Positions 16,307 to 24,000 of a DNA stretch of 24,000 bases are shown here, piece by piece. The translations under genes were made by a program, and so were the position numbers. How positions within the stretch are numbered: position 1 is the first letter of the stretch; each line of letters begins with the position of its first letter. The notes below the pieces were generated by a model. It did not search any database. It had not been told where the DNA came from and saw only the letters and a list, made by a program, of their open reading frames with translations. Source of the DNA: Sulfolobus acidocaldarius DSM 639 (lineage in GTDB: Archaea; Thermoproteota; Thermoprotei_A; Sulfolobales; Sulfolobaceae); the NCBI RefSeq assembly GCF_000012285.1, contig NC_007181.1, forward strand, positions 643,370 through 667,369, in the 5' to 3' direction.

Positions 16307-16870
16307 CTATCTGTTTTTATATCTCCTTAATGTTAAAAATACTATTATACCAATCACAGCTACAATAATAAAAGTATAATCTGTGTTTAATATACCAGCA
16401 CTTTCTATATTATATGTAGTTTCGTTTCCTTGCTGAAAATTAGAACTATTGTATTCACTTTCGCTACCGGTAAAATAAATAATAATAGTAGCGTTCTGAA
16501 GGTTACTTACAATATCTATATTTGTTTCATTATTTTGACTGAAATAGCTTACGATTGCATTACCAGTTAATATAATATCCAAAGTTGAATTCTGGCTATT
16601 GATAATTAAAGTTAGATTTTTAGGGTAGATGATACGCAATGGAGATACGTTATTAGAGATTAACAACACTATATTTCCAGACGGGGCTATAGAGTAGTTT
16701 ATATCTAGTGGTTTATAAGTGAAATTTTGAATTATCTTAATCTCGAACTCAGGTAATCCAGGATAAGATATCGTGTTTGAGTATAATGAAGTAGACCCAA
16801 ATAGGATATCACATCTCAACGGCAATATGATTATGGTTAAGAGTATTAGCGGGAGGATTTTTTTGCTCAT
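16307..16870 (-). CDS. secreted, C-terminally anchored, sequon-rich putative surface glycoprotein
   Basis: N-terminal signal-like MSKKILPLILLTIIILPL, a C-terminal TM helix YTFIIVAVIGIIVFLTL followed by RRYKNR, and nine N-x-S/T sequons in 187 aa. Confidence 0.6.
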   Translation of the reverse strand: MSKKILPLILLTIIILPLRCDILFGSTSLYSNTISYPGLPEFEIKIIQNFTYKPLDINYSIAPSGNIVLLISNNVSPLRIIYPKNLTLIINSQNSTLDIILTGNAIVSYFSQNNETNIDIVSNLQNATIIIYFTGSESEYNSSNFQQGNETTYNIESAGILNTDYTFIIVAVIGIIVFLTLRRYKNR

Positions 16871-16931
16871 TTATAGTTCAGTTTATTTTAACGTATATTT
16901 TATTAGCTTTGATAAATAGTGTATAGTTGAT

Positions 16932-17696
16932 ATGTCTAATCAAAATCAGCCTTACAATCCATACAACTGGAAAATGATTTTGCTATCACAAACTTCTATA
17001 GTTATAATATCTTTCGTACTATCTCTTTATTCGCAGTATTTCTTGCCAGTGTATATTGCATATTTGATAATTTACTTCATAATAATGACTACTATAATGG
17101 CTAGAAGTAATCCTATGCTATCTGAGAGGAAATACCTTTCAGAGATAGTTAATGCACGAACTATACTTGAAGAGAAAAAGGCTGGTGAGTTAATACAAAA
17201 TGATGAGGAGTATATTAAAAAGTTCCAAGCAATAACCAGTGCTAATCTAAAATCATTTGGAATAATGTTTGTTTACTTGATAGTCATACTAATATTCTAT
17301 AATTTTGTGGTTCTCAGATATGTTAGTAGCGTGACTCAGATACAAAAATTGATAGTATTCCTAGTCTATTCAGAAGCATTATTCCTATTTGGTATGTTTG
17401 TTAACAGAAGAATAATGAGGGTTCAAATGATGGAAGTAATGGCACCATTTACATACAAGATAACTGAAAAAGGGATAGTTTCAACTGATAGAAGTGCAGT
17501 ATTTTTGCACTCTAGACATCTCGTAAACGCATCTATAGTAGAGAACAGGGATAAGAAGTACGTTGAAATATCTCCTACTACTCTAAAACTTCCATATAAA
17601 TTAAGACTATATAGTAATGATATAGATAGGATATTAGACGCAATAAACAGAGTAAAGAGATTAGAGTTAAAAAGACAGCAATCTTCTAGTTCTTGA
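16932..17696 (+). CDS. hypothetical integral membrane protein
   Basis: 254-aa ORF with about four hydrophobic helices and a soluble C-terminal domain. No recognisable motif. Confidence 0.55.
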   Translation: MSNQNQPYNPYNWKMILLSQTSIVIISFVLSLYSQYFLPVYIAYLIIYFIIMTTIMARSNPMLSERKYLSEIVNARTILEEKKAGELIQNDEEYIKKFQAITSANLKSFGIMFVYLIVILIFYNFVVLRYVSSVTQIQKLIVFLVYSEALFLFGMFVNRRIMRVQMMEVMAPFTYKITEKGIVSTDRSAVFLHSRHLVNASIVENRDKKYVEISPTTLKLPYKLRLYSNDIDRILDAINRVKRLELKRQQSSSS

Positions 17697-18971
17697 AAAG
17701 TGAAAGTGTGAGTAAGATCCTAAACTATTCTCCACGTAAACTCCATCTTTTCCATTCCATATACCCTTTCCGTGTTTATTTTTGAAGGCAAAATTTACAT
17801 CCCCAACACTTACAGCTTTTGACACGTGAAATTCATGTCCTCTTATACTTTCTCCTTTGCTGGAAAGTAAGTTATCCTTTTCCGTCTCAAGTTCGGTATA
17901 GCCAATAGTGAGTTTATCCTTTGCCTTTATCTGTATATCGTATAGTCCTATCATTCTGTAACTTTTTTCATTTATTATTTCGTTCGACAAAAACATGAAT
18001 CCACCACATTCCGCTAAAAGCTTTACTCCTTTCTCCACGTTTCTCTTTATCCAATCTTTAGTTTTAGTAGAATTTTCGAGTTCCTCTAAATGTAACTCTG
18101 GATATCCACCACCTATGTAAATAAAGGATGGTTGGTCAGCTGGGGCATCATTATTAAGTGGGCTAAAGAATTCCACGTCATACCTCTTTTTTAAAATATC
18201 TATATTCTCGTCGTAATAAAACGAAAACGCTGAATCATATGCCACATAAGCCTTACCTACTACATTTCGTTCCTCAATTTCATTTGACTCCTGTAGTTCA
18301 TTTGCTTCCTCTGCAATTTCCACTATTTTGTCAACATCTACATTCATTTCAATCAAGTTAGCTGTTGCATTAATGACATCCTTTGCGTTCTTAAAATCCT
18401 CAGTTGTATAAAGACCTAGATGTCTACTGGGTACAGAAAGACTCTTATCTATAGGGAGATACCCAAGTACTTCAACGTTTTCAGGTATCGATTTTTTGCA
18501 GTAATCTAGATGTTTCTCAGACGCAATGTAGTTGAATATTACACCTCTCACGTTAGCGTTTCTGTATTCTCTCAATCCTTTAACTATAGCACCAACTGTA
18601 GAAGATAGATTGCTACAGTTGATCACAAGGATCAGAGGTGTATGAGTCAATTCAGACAATTTATATGTACTATAATCTTCGTATAATCCGTCATAAAGAC
18701 CCATCACTCCTTCTATGATTCCCAAGTCAAAGTGCTTACCATATTTTGCAAGACTCGAATATACCCCTGATTCTCCCATTAACCATAAATCAAGGTTTAT
18801 CACTGGATGTCCACTAGCTATTTTATGATACATAGGGTCGATAAAATCTGGACCTACTTTATATCCTCTTACCTTATATCTCTTCGATAGTACTTTGATT
18901 AGCCCGGCTGTAACTAACGTTTTACCTGAGTTACTTCTATCAGAGGAAATAATAATACGGGGAAACCTCAT
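17667..18971 (-). CDS. cbiA: cobyrinate (or related tetrapyrrole) a,c-diamide synthase, CbiA/CobB family
   Basis: N-terminal dethiobiotin-synthetase-like P-loop SDRSNSGKTLVTAGL, and a C-terminal glutamine amidotransferase domain with the nucleophile elbow AECGGFMFL and the His of RGHEFH. Confidence 0.85.
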   Translation of the reverse strand: MRFPRIIISSDRSNSGKTLVTAGLIKVLSKRYKVRGYKVGPDFIDPMYHKIASGHPVINLDLWLMGESGVYSSLAKYGKHFDLGIIEGVMGLYDGLYEDYSTYKLSELTHTPLILVINCSNLSSTVGAIVKGLREYRNANVRGVIFNYIASEKHLDYCKKSIPENVEVLGYLPIDKSLSVPSRHLGLYTTEDFKNAKDVINATANLIEMNVDVDKIVEIAEEANELQESNEIEERNVVGKAYVAYDSAFSFYYDENIDILKKRYDVEFFSPLNNDAPADQPSFIYIGGGYPELHLEELENSTKTKDWIKRNVEKGVKLLAECGGFMFLSNEIINEKSYRMIGLYDIQIKAKDKLTIGYTELETEKDNLLSSKGESIRGHEFHVSKAVSVGDVNFAFKNKHGKGIWNGKDGVYVENSLGSYSHFHFSRTRRLLSF

Positions 18972-19008
18972 GATAAAAAATAAAGTTATGTCAGATAAAT
19001 TGTTAATT
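18972..19008. promoter_or_regulatory. 37-bp divergent promoter region between cbiA and PCNA3
   Basis: A/T-rich AAAAATAAAG (18975..18984) lies about 29 nt before the PCNA3 ATG. TTTAT on the other strand lies about 25 nt before the cbiA ATG. There is room only for leaderless transcripts. Confidence 0.35.
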
Positions 19009-19752
19009 ATGCGTATAGTTTATGATGACGTAAGAGACTTGAAAAACATAGTAGAGACTTTGACTAAGTTTATAGATGAGGGTTTGTTTGAAATAGGTCA
19101 GGACGGCATAAGACTAGTGGCTGTAGACAAAGCGCATGTATCCTTAATTAATATCGAATTGTATAAGGAGCTATTTAAGGAGTATGAAGTAGAAGATGAG
19201 TTTAAATTTGGTTTTAACAGTCAGTATCTAGCTAAAATTTTAAGTATCGCCAAAAGAAAAGAGGAAATTTCAATAGAGTCCGATTCTCCTGAAAGGGTTA
19301 AAATAACATTAGGCGGTGCCTTAAATAGGGTGTTTATAATAAATAATATTCAGGTATCCCCGCCTGAGGTTCCTGAAGTTAATTTGGAATTTGAAGTTAA
19401 AGCCTCATTGTCATCAAAAGCGTTTAAGACTACAATTAACGAGATATCTGCAGTAACAGATACAGTGGATATTATTGCAGTGGAGGATAAAGTTATTTTG
19501 AAAGGGGAGGGAAAGGAGGGTAGTCAAATAGAAAATGAATTTAGCAAGGATACTGGAGCTATTTCTGATATGGAGTTTAAGAACGAGGCTAAATCTCCAT
19601 ATGATGTAAATTACCTCAGTGATATTTTATCTTTGACAAATCTTTCAGATTATACTAGGTTAGCATTCTCTACCGAGAAGCCTTTAGAATTGGAATTTAA
19701 TATGGAAGGAGGAGGGAAAGTTACTTATTTACTTGCACCCAAACTATCTTGA
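19009..19752 (+). CDS. pcna3: DNA polymerase sliding clamp subunit PCNA3
   Basis: From ATG 19009 the sequence MRIVYDDVRDLKNIVETL...NDEFKFGFNSQYL...FNMEGGGKVTYLLAPKLS matches the S. solfataricus PCNA3 pattern as I recall it (MKVVYDDVRVLKDI...FNMEGGGKVTYLLAPKV). The track ORF start at 18895 is an upstream read-through overlapping cbiA. Confidence 0.9.
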   Translation: MRIVYDDVRDLKNIVETLTKFIDEGLFEIGQDGIRLVAVDKAHVSLINIELYKELFKEYEVEDEFKFGFNSQYLAKILSIAKRKEEISIESDSPERVKITLGGALNRVFIINNIQVSPPEVPEVNLEFEVKASLSSKAFKTTINEISAVTDTVDIIAVEDKVILKGEGKEGSQIENEFSKDTGAISDMEFKNEAKSPYDVNYLSDILSLTNLSDYTRLAFSTEKPLELEFNMEGGGKVTYLLAPKLS

Positions 19753-20726
19753 TGAAATTTTATACAGCATTAGTAGGAAGCTACCCTAAACCTGTAAAGA
19801 TAGCTAAGGTAATATCTAGGCTCAAAAGTGGCAAGATAGAGAAAAGTAAGGCATATGAGGAGCTAATGAAGTTTGAAAAAAGAATTTTAGAAGAGGTAAA
19901 GGAATACGAGCTAGATTATACTACAGACGGTATGGTAGGATGGGATGATATTGCTGATCTCACAACATCTTTTCTAGAGGGTGTAGAAAAAGGCGCTTTA
20001 GAGAGGTTTTTCGATAATAATTTCTACTATAGAAAGATTGTGATAAATCAAAAGTTAGGTTATAAATCTCAAAATGACTATGTACAGTATTTTAAGCAAG
20101 TAAAAGAAATTTCTAAGGATCTAAAGTCAAAAATTAAAATAGTAATATTAGGTCCATTAACTTTCCTACAGCTGGCTGAAAACAATTATTATGACGATGT
20201 CGGAAACATAATTGACGATTACGCTAAAAGCACTAATAGCTTATTGAGAGACTTAATTGACTATTACGATGTTGTAGAGGTTCATGAACCTTCATTGTTT
20301 CAGAAAGGGATTAAAGGAGCATTACTTCAAAGTTCTCAACAAGTATATGAAAAACTGTTTAATGGAATTAATAAGGAGAAACACGTTTTAACATATTTTG
20401 ATATTAGGTTTGATAGAATTCAGTATTTACTAAACTTGCCCGCTGATTATTTTGGATTTGATGTAACAGAACAGAACAAGACTAAACTTGGAAGATTATA
20501 CGGTTATATGAAAGATATGAATGTCTATCTAGGAGTAATAGACTCAAGAAATACTAAAATGGATAAAATATCTACCATTAGAAGGATAATTGAAAAAGTT
20601 CATGAGAAAGGTGCTAAAAGTTTGATTATTGGTAATTCGAGTTTCAATGATTTCATACCTGAGATTGTGGTGAGGAGAAAGCTTAAATTACTTCAAAAAA
20701 CTAAGAGGTTGGTCGCAAATGTCTGA
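19752..20726 (+). CDS. MetE N-terminal-barrel-like protein (zinc site absent)
   Basis: VGSYPKPVK and VEVHEPSLF parallel the catalytic paralog ([18 protein letters not shown]). However, HxC is replaced (HVLTYFD) and PDCG is replaced (GNSSFND). ATG 19752 overlaps the PCNA3 TGA by 1 nt. TTG 19749 is an alternative start. Confidence 0.7.
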   Translation: MKFYTALVGSYPKPVKIAKVISRLKSGKIEKSKAYEELMKFEKRILEEVKEYELDYTTDGMVGWDDIADLTTSFLEGVEKGALERFFDNNFYYRKIVINQKLGYKSQNDYVQYFKQVKEISKDLKSKIKIVILGPLTFLQLAENNYYDDVGNIIDDYAKSTNSLLRDLIDYYDVVEVHEPSLFQKGIKGALLQSSQQVYEKLFNGINKEKHVLTYFDIRFDRIQYLLNLPADYFGFDVTEQNKTKLGRLYGYMKDMNVYLGVIDSRNTKMDKISTIRRIIEKVHEKGAKSLIIGNSSFNDFIPEIVVRRKLKLLQKTKRLVANV

Positions 20727-21738
20727 TGAAATCACTATTTTACCTACCACAGTTATTGGAAGTTATCCTAGACCAAAGTGGCTAAGGGAAACTATCAGAC
20801 TACACAGAGCTGGAAAAGTTAACCAGGAGGATCTTGAGGAAGCATTTAATGATGCAGTTGTAACAGTAGTTAGGGATCATCAAGAGGCAGGGATTGATGT
20901 TCCAACTGATGGTGAAATGAGAAGAGACGAAATGGTGGAGTTTTTTGCAGAGAGACTGTCAGGATTTAAATTTTATGGTCACGTTAGAGTTTGGGGAGAT
21001 CATTATTATAGGAAACCTTCAGTTACTGGAAAAATAAAGTACAACAATCCTATGCTTTTAGATGAAGTAAACTTTGCTAAAAGCGTATCTTATACCCAGA
21101 ATCTTAAAGTAACAATTACTGGACCATATACCATTTCAGAATGGTCTTATAACGAGTATTATAAAACTCAGAGGGACATGGCTTTCGACCTCGCTAAGGT
21201 TATAAATCAAGAAATAAAGAACTTAGTTGATATAGGAATAAAGGTTATTCAAGTCGATGAGCCTGCTATACATACGAGAAAAGAAGATGTTGAATGGGCT
21301 ATTGATTCAATAAATGAGTCTATTAAAGGTGTAAATGTTAAAGTAGTCTTACATGTATGCTATGGTGAGTATTCGTATTTAGAACCCCACTTGGACAAAT
21401 TGAAGGTTGATCAAATTAATCTTGCCCTAAAGAACTATAATTATACACCTGTGAAATTATTTAAGAAATGGGATAGGGAGATCGGAGTAGGAGTAATAGA
21501 TGTCCACAACAGGAAAATCGAAAGTGTGGAAGAAGTAGCTGAAGATCTGAGAAAATTACTCGAGTATTTTAAACCTGAAATGGTATGGGTAAATCCTGAT
21601 TGTGGTTTAAAGTTACTTCCAAGAAAAATAGCTCTCCAGAAACTTATTAATATGGTAAAAGGTACGCTGATTGTAAGAGAAGAACTTAAAAAGAAAGGTT
21701 ACACAAATACTACACTCAAGCCATTAATTAATAGGTGA
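20719..21738 (+). CDS. metE: cobalamin-independent methionine synthase, catalytic (C-terminal-type) barrel
   Basis: [24 protein letters not shown], the zinc ligands H-x-C in LHVCYGEY and Cys in NPDCGLK. There is an 8-nt overlap with the upstream paralog and GAGGTTGG before the ATG. Confidence 0.85.
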   Translation: MSDEITILPTTVIGSYPRPKWLRETIRLHRAGKVNQEDLEEAFNDAVVTVVRDHQEAGIDVPTDGEMRRDEMVEFFAERLSGFKFYGHVRVWGDHYYRKPSVTGKIKYNNPMLLDEVNFAKSVSYTQNLKVTITGPYTISEWSYNEYYKTQRDMAFDLAKVINQEIKNLVDIGIKVIQVDEPAIHTRKEDVEWAIDSINESIKGVNVKVVLHVCYGEYSYLEPHLDKLKVDQINLALKNYNYTPVKLFKKWDREIGVGVIDVHNRKIESVEEVAEDLRKLLEYFKPEMVWVNPDCGLKLLPRKIALQKLINMVKGTLIVREELKKKGYTNTTLKPLINR

Positions 21739-21743
21739 GCTGA

Positions 21744-22205
21744 TTGAATAAGAAGAGGGCAAAGGGAAACTCACACTCAATAAGACCTGTTAGGAGCGGA
21801 CCTCCTAAGTGGGTGAGGTTCACAAGAGAGGAGGTAGAGCTATTAGTAGAGGAGTTAGCAAAGAGAGGTTATCCACCTAGCATGATAGGAATGGTGTTGA
21901 GAGATCAGTATGGCGTACCTTTGGTAAAACAAATAACAGGGAGGAAGCTTACGGCAATTCTTCAGGATAGGAATATGAAGCCGAAGATACCTGAAGATCT
22001 ATTTAATCTTATGAGAAGGGCAGTAAACATTAGACGTCACTTATTTGAATACCCTAAGGATAAAAGTGCTAAACGTGGATTGGAGGAAGTCGAATCCAAG
22101 ATAAGAAGATTAGCAAGTTATTACAAAGAAACAGGCAAGTTACCACAAGAGTGGAGTTACGATCCAGCCAAAGCCGAACTATTGGTAACTGGTTCCCTCT
22201 ACTGA
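21744..22205 (+). CDS. rps15: 30S ribosomal protein S15 (uS15, S13e-type)
   Basis: [41 protein letters not shown] is the archaeal uS15 pattern. The TTG start is preceded by AGGTGA (21733..21738). Confidence 0.92.
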   Translation: MNKKRAKGNSHSIRPVRSGPPKWVRFTREEVELLVEELAKRGYPPSMIGMVLRDQYGVPLVKQITGRKLTAILQDRNMKPKIPEDLFNLMRRAVNIRRHLFEYPKDKSAKRGLEEVESKIRRLASYYKETGKLPQEWSYDPAKAELLVTGSLY

Positions 22206-22550
22206 TAAAGCCTTTTCTGCTTTTTCCTTAAGTATATCTACTATTCTTTTATCGAATCCTATTGGTTCTGCTATAATGATCTTAGCTTTATTAGAAGTCT
22301 CCTTTAGTTGATTTGGTATATCCCTTTTGAAATGCATACCAGCAGCAAACAGTAATGGAACTACAACAATTGTATCAGCACCTCTCTCTACTAACTTTTT
22401 AGCAGCTTCATCAATTTTAGGCTCATTAATTTCTATGAATCCATACTCTACCAGTGGGAAATGTCGTTTTAGTTCCTCTGCATAATTAATTACAATTTCT
22501 TGCCACTCTTTTATCTTGCTTCCATGAAGCACTAATAATAATCCTATCAT
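22179..22550 (-). CDS. cbiX: small sirohydrochlorin chelatase CbiX(S)
   Basis: 123 aa. [12 protein letters not shown] carries the catalytic/metal His of the class II chelatase half-domain, and [22 protein letters not shown] is the second conserved His region. Confidence 0.8.
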   Translation of the reverse strand: MIGLLLVLHGSKIKEWQEIVINYAEELKRHFPLVEYGFIEINEPKIDEAAKKLVERGADTIVVVPLLFAAGMHFKRDIPNQLKETSNKAKIIIAEPIGFDKRIVDILKEKAEKALSVEGTSYQ

Positions 22551-22613
22551 AGATAAACTTTCGACTTCGATTTTAAATACTTGTTTTTTAATTTACCTTA
22601 ATAGTGGTAAATA

Positions 22614-23255
22614 TTGCCTGACTTTAAGATTGTGGTATCTGATCCCAAAACGAAAGAGGATAAGAAGGAAAAACTAAAAGTGAAAGTTTCCGATAAGGTT
22701 AAATCAAATCAGGGTGAGAAAGAAGGAAAAGCCATACCTTTGGCGAGAATTAATGATAAAATCAAACAGGCTTTAAACTTAGATGATTTTCTGACGCTGG
22801 AAATAACTAAGCAAGAAGGAGATAAAAAAGTAAAGATTAAAGGTCATTTTAAGATAGAAGTAGATAACACAGTGCCTGACGGAGAAGTGTGGATATCAAA
22901 ATCTATGGCAGAAAAATTTGGTGCTGAAGAGTTTGAGGCTTTGGCATATAGGACTAGAGCCTTTCAATTATCTTTAGATCAGTCTAAATTACCTAATTTG
23001 GTTGGAACCAAAATCGGTGATGTTATAGATATTAATGTATCAGGTGTTAATCTTAAATTAAAGATAACCGGAGGTTCCGATAACTCAGGCTTCTCTATGA
23101 GATTTGACGTAGGAGGCGGAGCCAAGAGAAAAATACTAGTTAGTGGTCCACCAGGCTATTATCCCAAAGAAGATGGATTAAGGAGAAAGAGAACTGTCAG
23201 GGGAAATATGATAACTCCTGAAATAGTTCAAATTAATACTATAATGATTAGGTGA
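22614..23255 (+). CDS. rps6e: 30S ribosomal protein S6e
   Basis: [13 protein letters not shown]...[18 protein letters not shown]...[21 protein letters not shown] is the archaeal S6e pattern. TTG start. Confidence 0.92.
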   Translation: MPDFKIVVSDPKTKEDKKEKLKVKVSDKVKSNQGEKEGKAIPLARINDKIKQALNLDDFLTLEITKQEGDKKVKIKGHFKIEVDNTVPDGEVWISKSMAEKFGAEEFEALAYRTRAFQLSLDQSKLPNLVGTKIGDVIDINVSGVNLKLKITGGSDNSGFSMRFDVGGGAKRKILVSGPPGYYPKEDGLRRKRTVRGNMITPEIVQINTIMIR

Positions 23256-23263
23256 TGATCCGT

Positions 23264-24000
23264 TTGGCATGGCCAAGAGTACAACCTGAAGCCAATATAG
23301 GTGTTGTGGGTCATGTAGACCATGGTAAAACTACTTTAGTTCAGGCTCTAACTGGAATTTGGACTTCGAAACATTCTGAAGAGTTAAAAAGAGGTATGAC
23401 AATCAAACTGGGATATGCTGAAGCTAACATAGGTTTATGTGAGTCTTGTAAATTACCAGATGGTTATGTAACTGAACCATCATGTTCACAATGCAATTCT
23501 AGTGAAGAACCAAAATTTTTAAGAAAGGTCTCATTTATAGACGCACCAGGTCATGAGATATTAATGGCTACTATGCTTTCTGGAGCTGCATTGATGGATG
23601 GTGCAATTTTAGTTGTGGCTGCAAATGAACCATTTCCTCAACCACAAACTAGGGAACACTTTGTCGCTCTTGGTATAGTTGATGTTAAGAGATTGGTAAT
23701 AGTTCAAAATAAGGTAGATGTAGTAAGTAGAGAAGAAGCTATAAAGCAGTATAAACAGATTAGGGAATTTCTGAAGGGTACGTGGGCTGAAAATGCGCCT
23801 ATAATTCCCGCAAGTTCACTACATAAGATTAACATAGATGCTGTTATTGGTGCATTGCAAGATCATATACCTACACCTGAGAGAGATTTGAGTAAAGATC
23901 CGATAATGCTGATAATAAGAAGCTTTGATGTAAACAAGCCAGGAACCAGTTATGATAAGTTGAGCGGCGGTGTTATAGGTGGCAGTATAATCCAAGGTAA
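23264..24000 (+). CDS. eif2g: translation initiation factor aIF2 gamma subunit, N-terminal about 245 codons (continues beyond the right edge)
   Basis: (M)[30 protein letters not shown] (G1), DAPGHE (G3), NKVD (G4) and the zinc-knuckle cysteines CESC...CSQC. The TTG at 23264 lies 8 nt after AGGTGA (23250..23255). The gene is absent from the ORF track because it is open-ended. Confidence 0.92.
   Translation, partial: MAWPRVQPEANIGVVGHVDHGKTTLVQALTGIWTSKHSEELKRGMTIKLGYAEANIGLCESCKLPDGYVTEPSCSQCNSSEEPKFLRKVSFIDAPGHEILMATMLSGAALMDGAILVVAANEPFPQPQTREHFVALGIVDVKRLVIVQNKVDVVSREEAIKQYKQIREFLKGTWAENAPIIPASSLHKINIDAVIGALQDHIPTPERDLSKDPIMLIIRSFDVNKPGTSYDKLSGGVIGGSIIQG

Noticed and set aside
18895-19008. 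Long N-terminal extension of PCNA3 given by the ORF track (start 18895)
   Set aside because: The extension overlaps the cbiA 5' end on the other strand and has no PCNA similarity. Homologous PCNA3 proteins begin M(K/R)(V/I)VYDDVR, which corresponds to ATG 19009.
23255-23263. ATG 23255 (overlapping the S6e stop) as the aIF2-gamma start
   Set aside because: This is possible but less likely. The AGGTGA element is optimally spaced for TTG 23264, and the remembered ortholog N-terminus is MAWP.... I kept it as an open alternative in the findings.
1-24000. Search for CRISPR arrays, IS elements with terminal inverted repeats, toxin-antitoxin pairs or known defence-system gene sets
   Set aside because: None was seen. 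There are no regularly spaced repeats and no transposase-like ORFs. Apart from 3628..5399, all intergenic regions are 70 nt or shorter.

Overview
The window looks like a compact core-chromosome segment of a crenarchaeon of the Sulfolobaceae. Supporting signs are its AT-richness, TATA boxes about 25 nt upstream of start codons (implying near-leaderless mRNAs), GGTGA Shine-Dalgarno sites inside operons, and three-subunit-type PCNA genes. All product calls come from reading the translations and from remembered family motifs; no database search was run.

Gene content, left to right:
- Left end to about 7.4 kb: pyrG (5' end only), an HPS/KGPDC-family barrel, two hypothetical genes, a long Trm112-like zinc protein, glmM-type phosphohexomutase, a GT4 glycosyltransferase, tRNA-Ser(UGA), and an rpl14e-cbf5-methyltransferase operon.
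- About 7.4 to 13 kb: an Lhr-type helicase, divergent from an operon encoding a membrane-anchored HerA/VirB4-like ATPase, a small charged protein (probably Rpo13) and PCNA1.
- About 13 to 19 kb: a riboflavin operon (ribB, archaeal ribC, ribH, arfA, amidohydrolase), two membrane or surface proteins, and cbiA.
- About 19 kb to the right end: PCNA3, a two-gene MetE, rps15, cbiX(S), rps6e and the 5' part of aIF2-gamma.

No CRISPR array, IS element or recognisable defence island is present.

Observations most worth following up:
1. A deaminase-type amidohydrolase is translationally coupled to arfA in the rib operon. It is a candidate for the unassigned archaeal riboflavin-pathway deaminase.
2. An SSV-type integrase N-fragment reads into the 3' half of tRNA-Ser, next to a GC-richer glycosyltransferase gene. 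This looks like the footprint of an integrative element.
3. cbf5 is split by a 22-nt intron that falls inside the catalytic Asp codon.
4. A multi-TM HerA-like ATPase shares an operon with Rpo13 and PCNA1, opposite Lhr.
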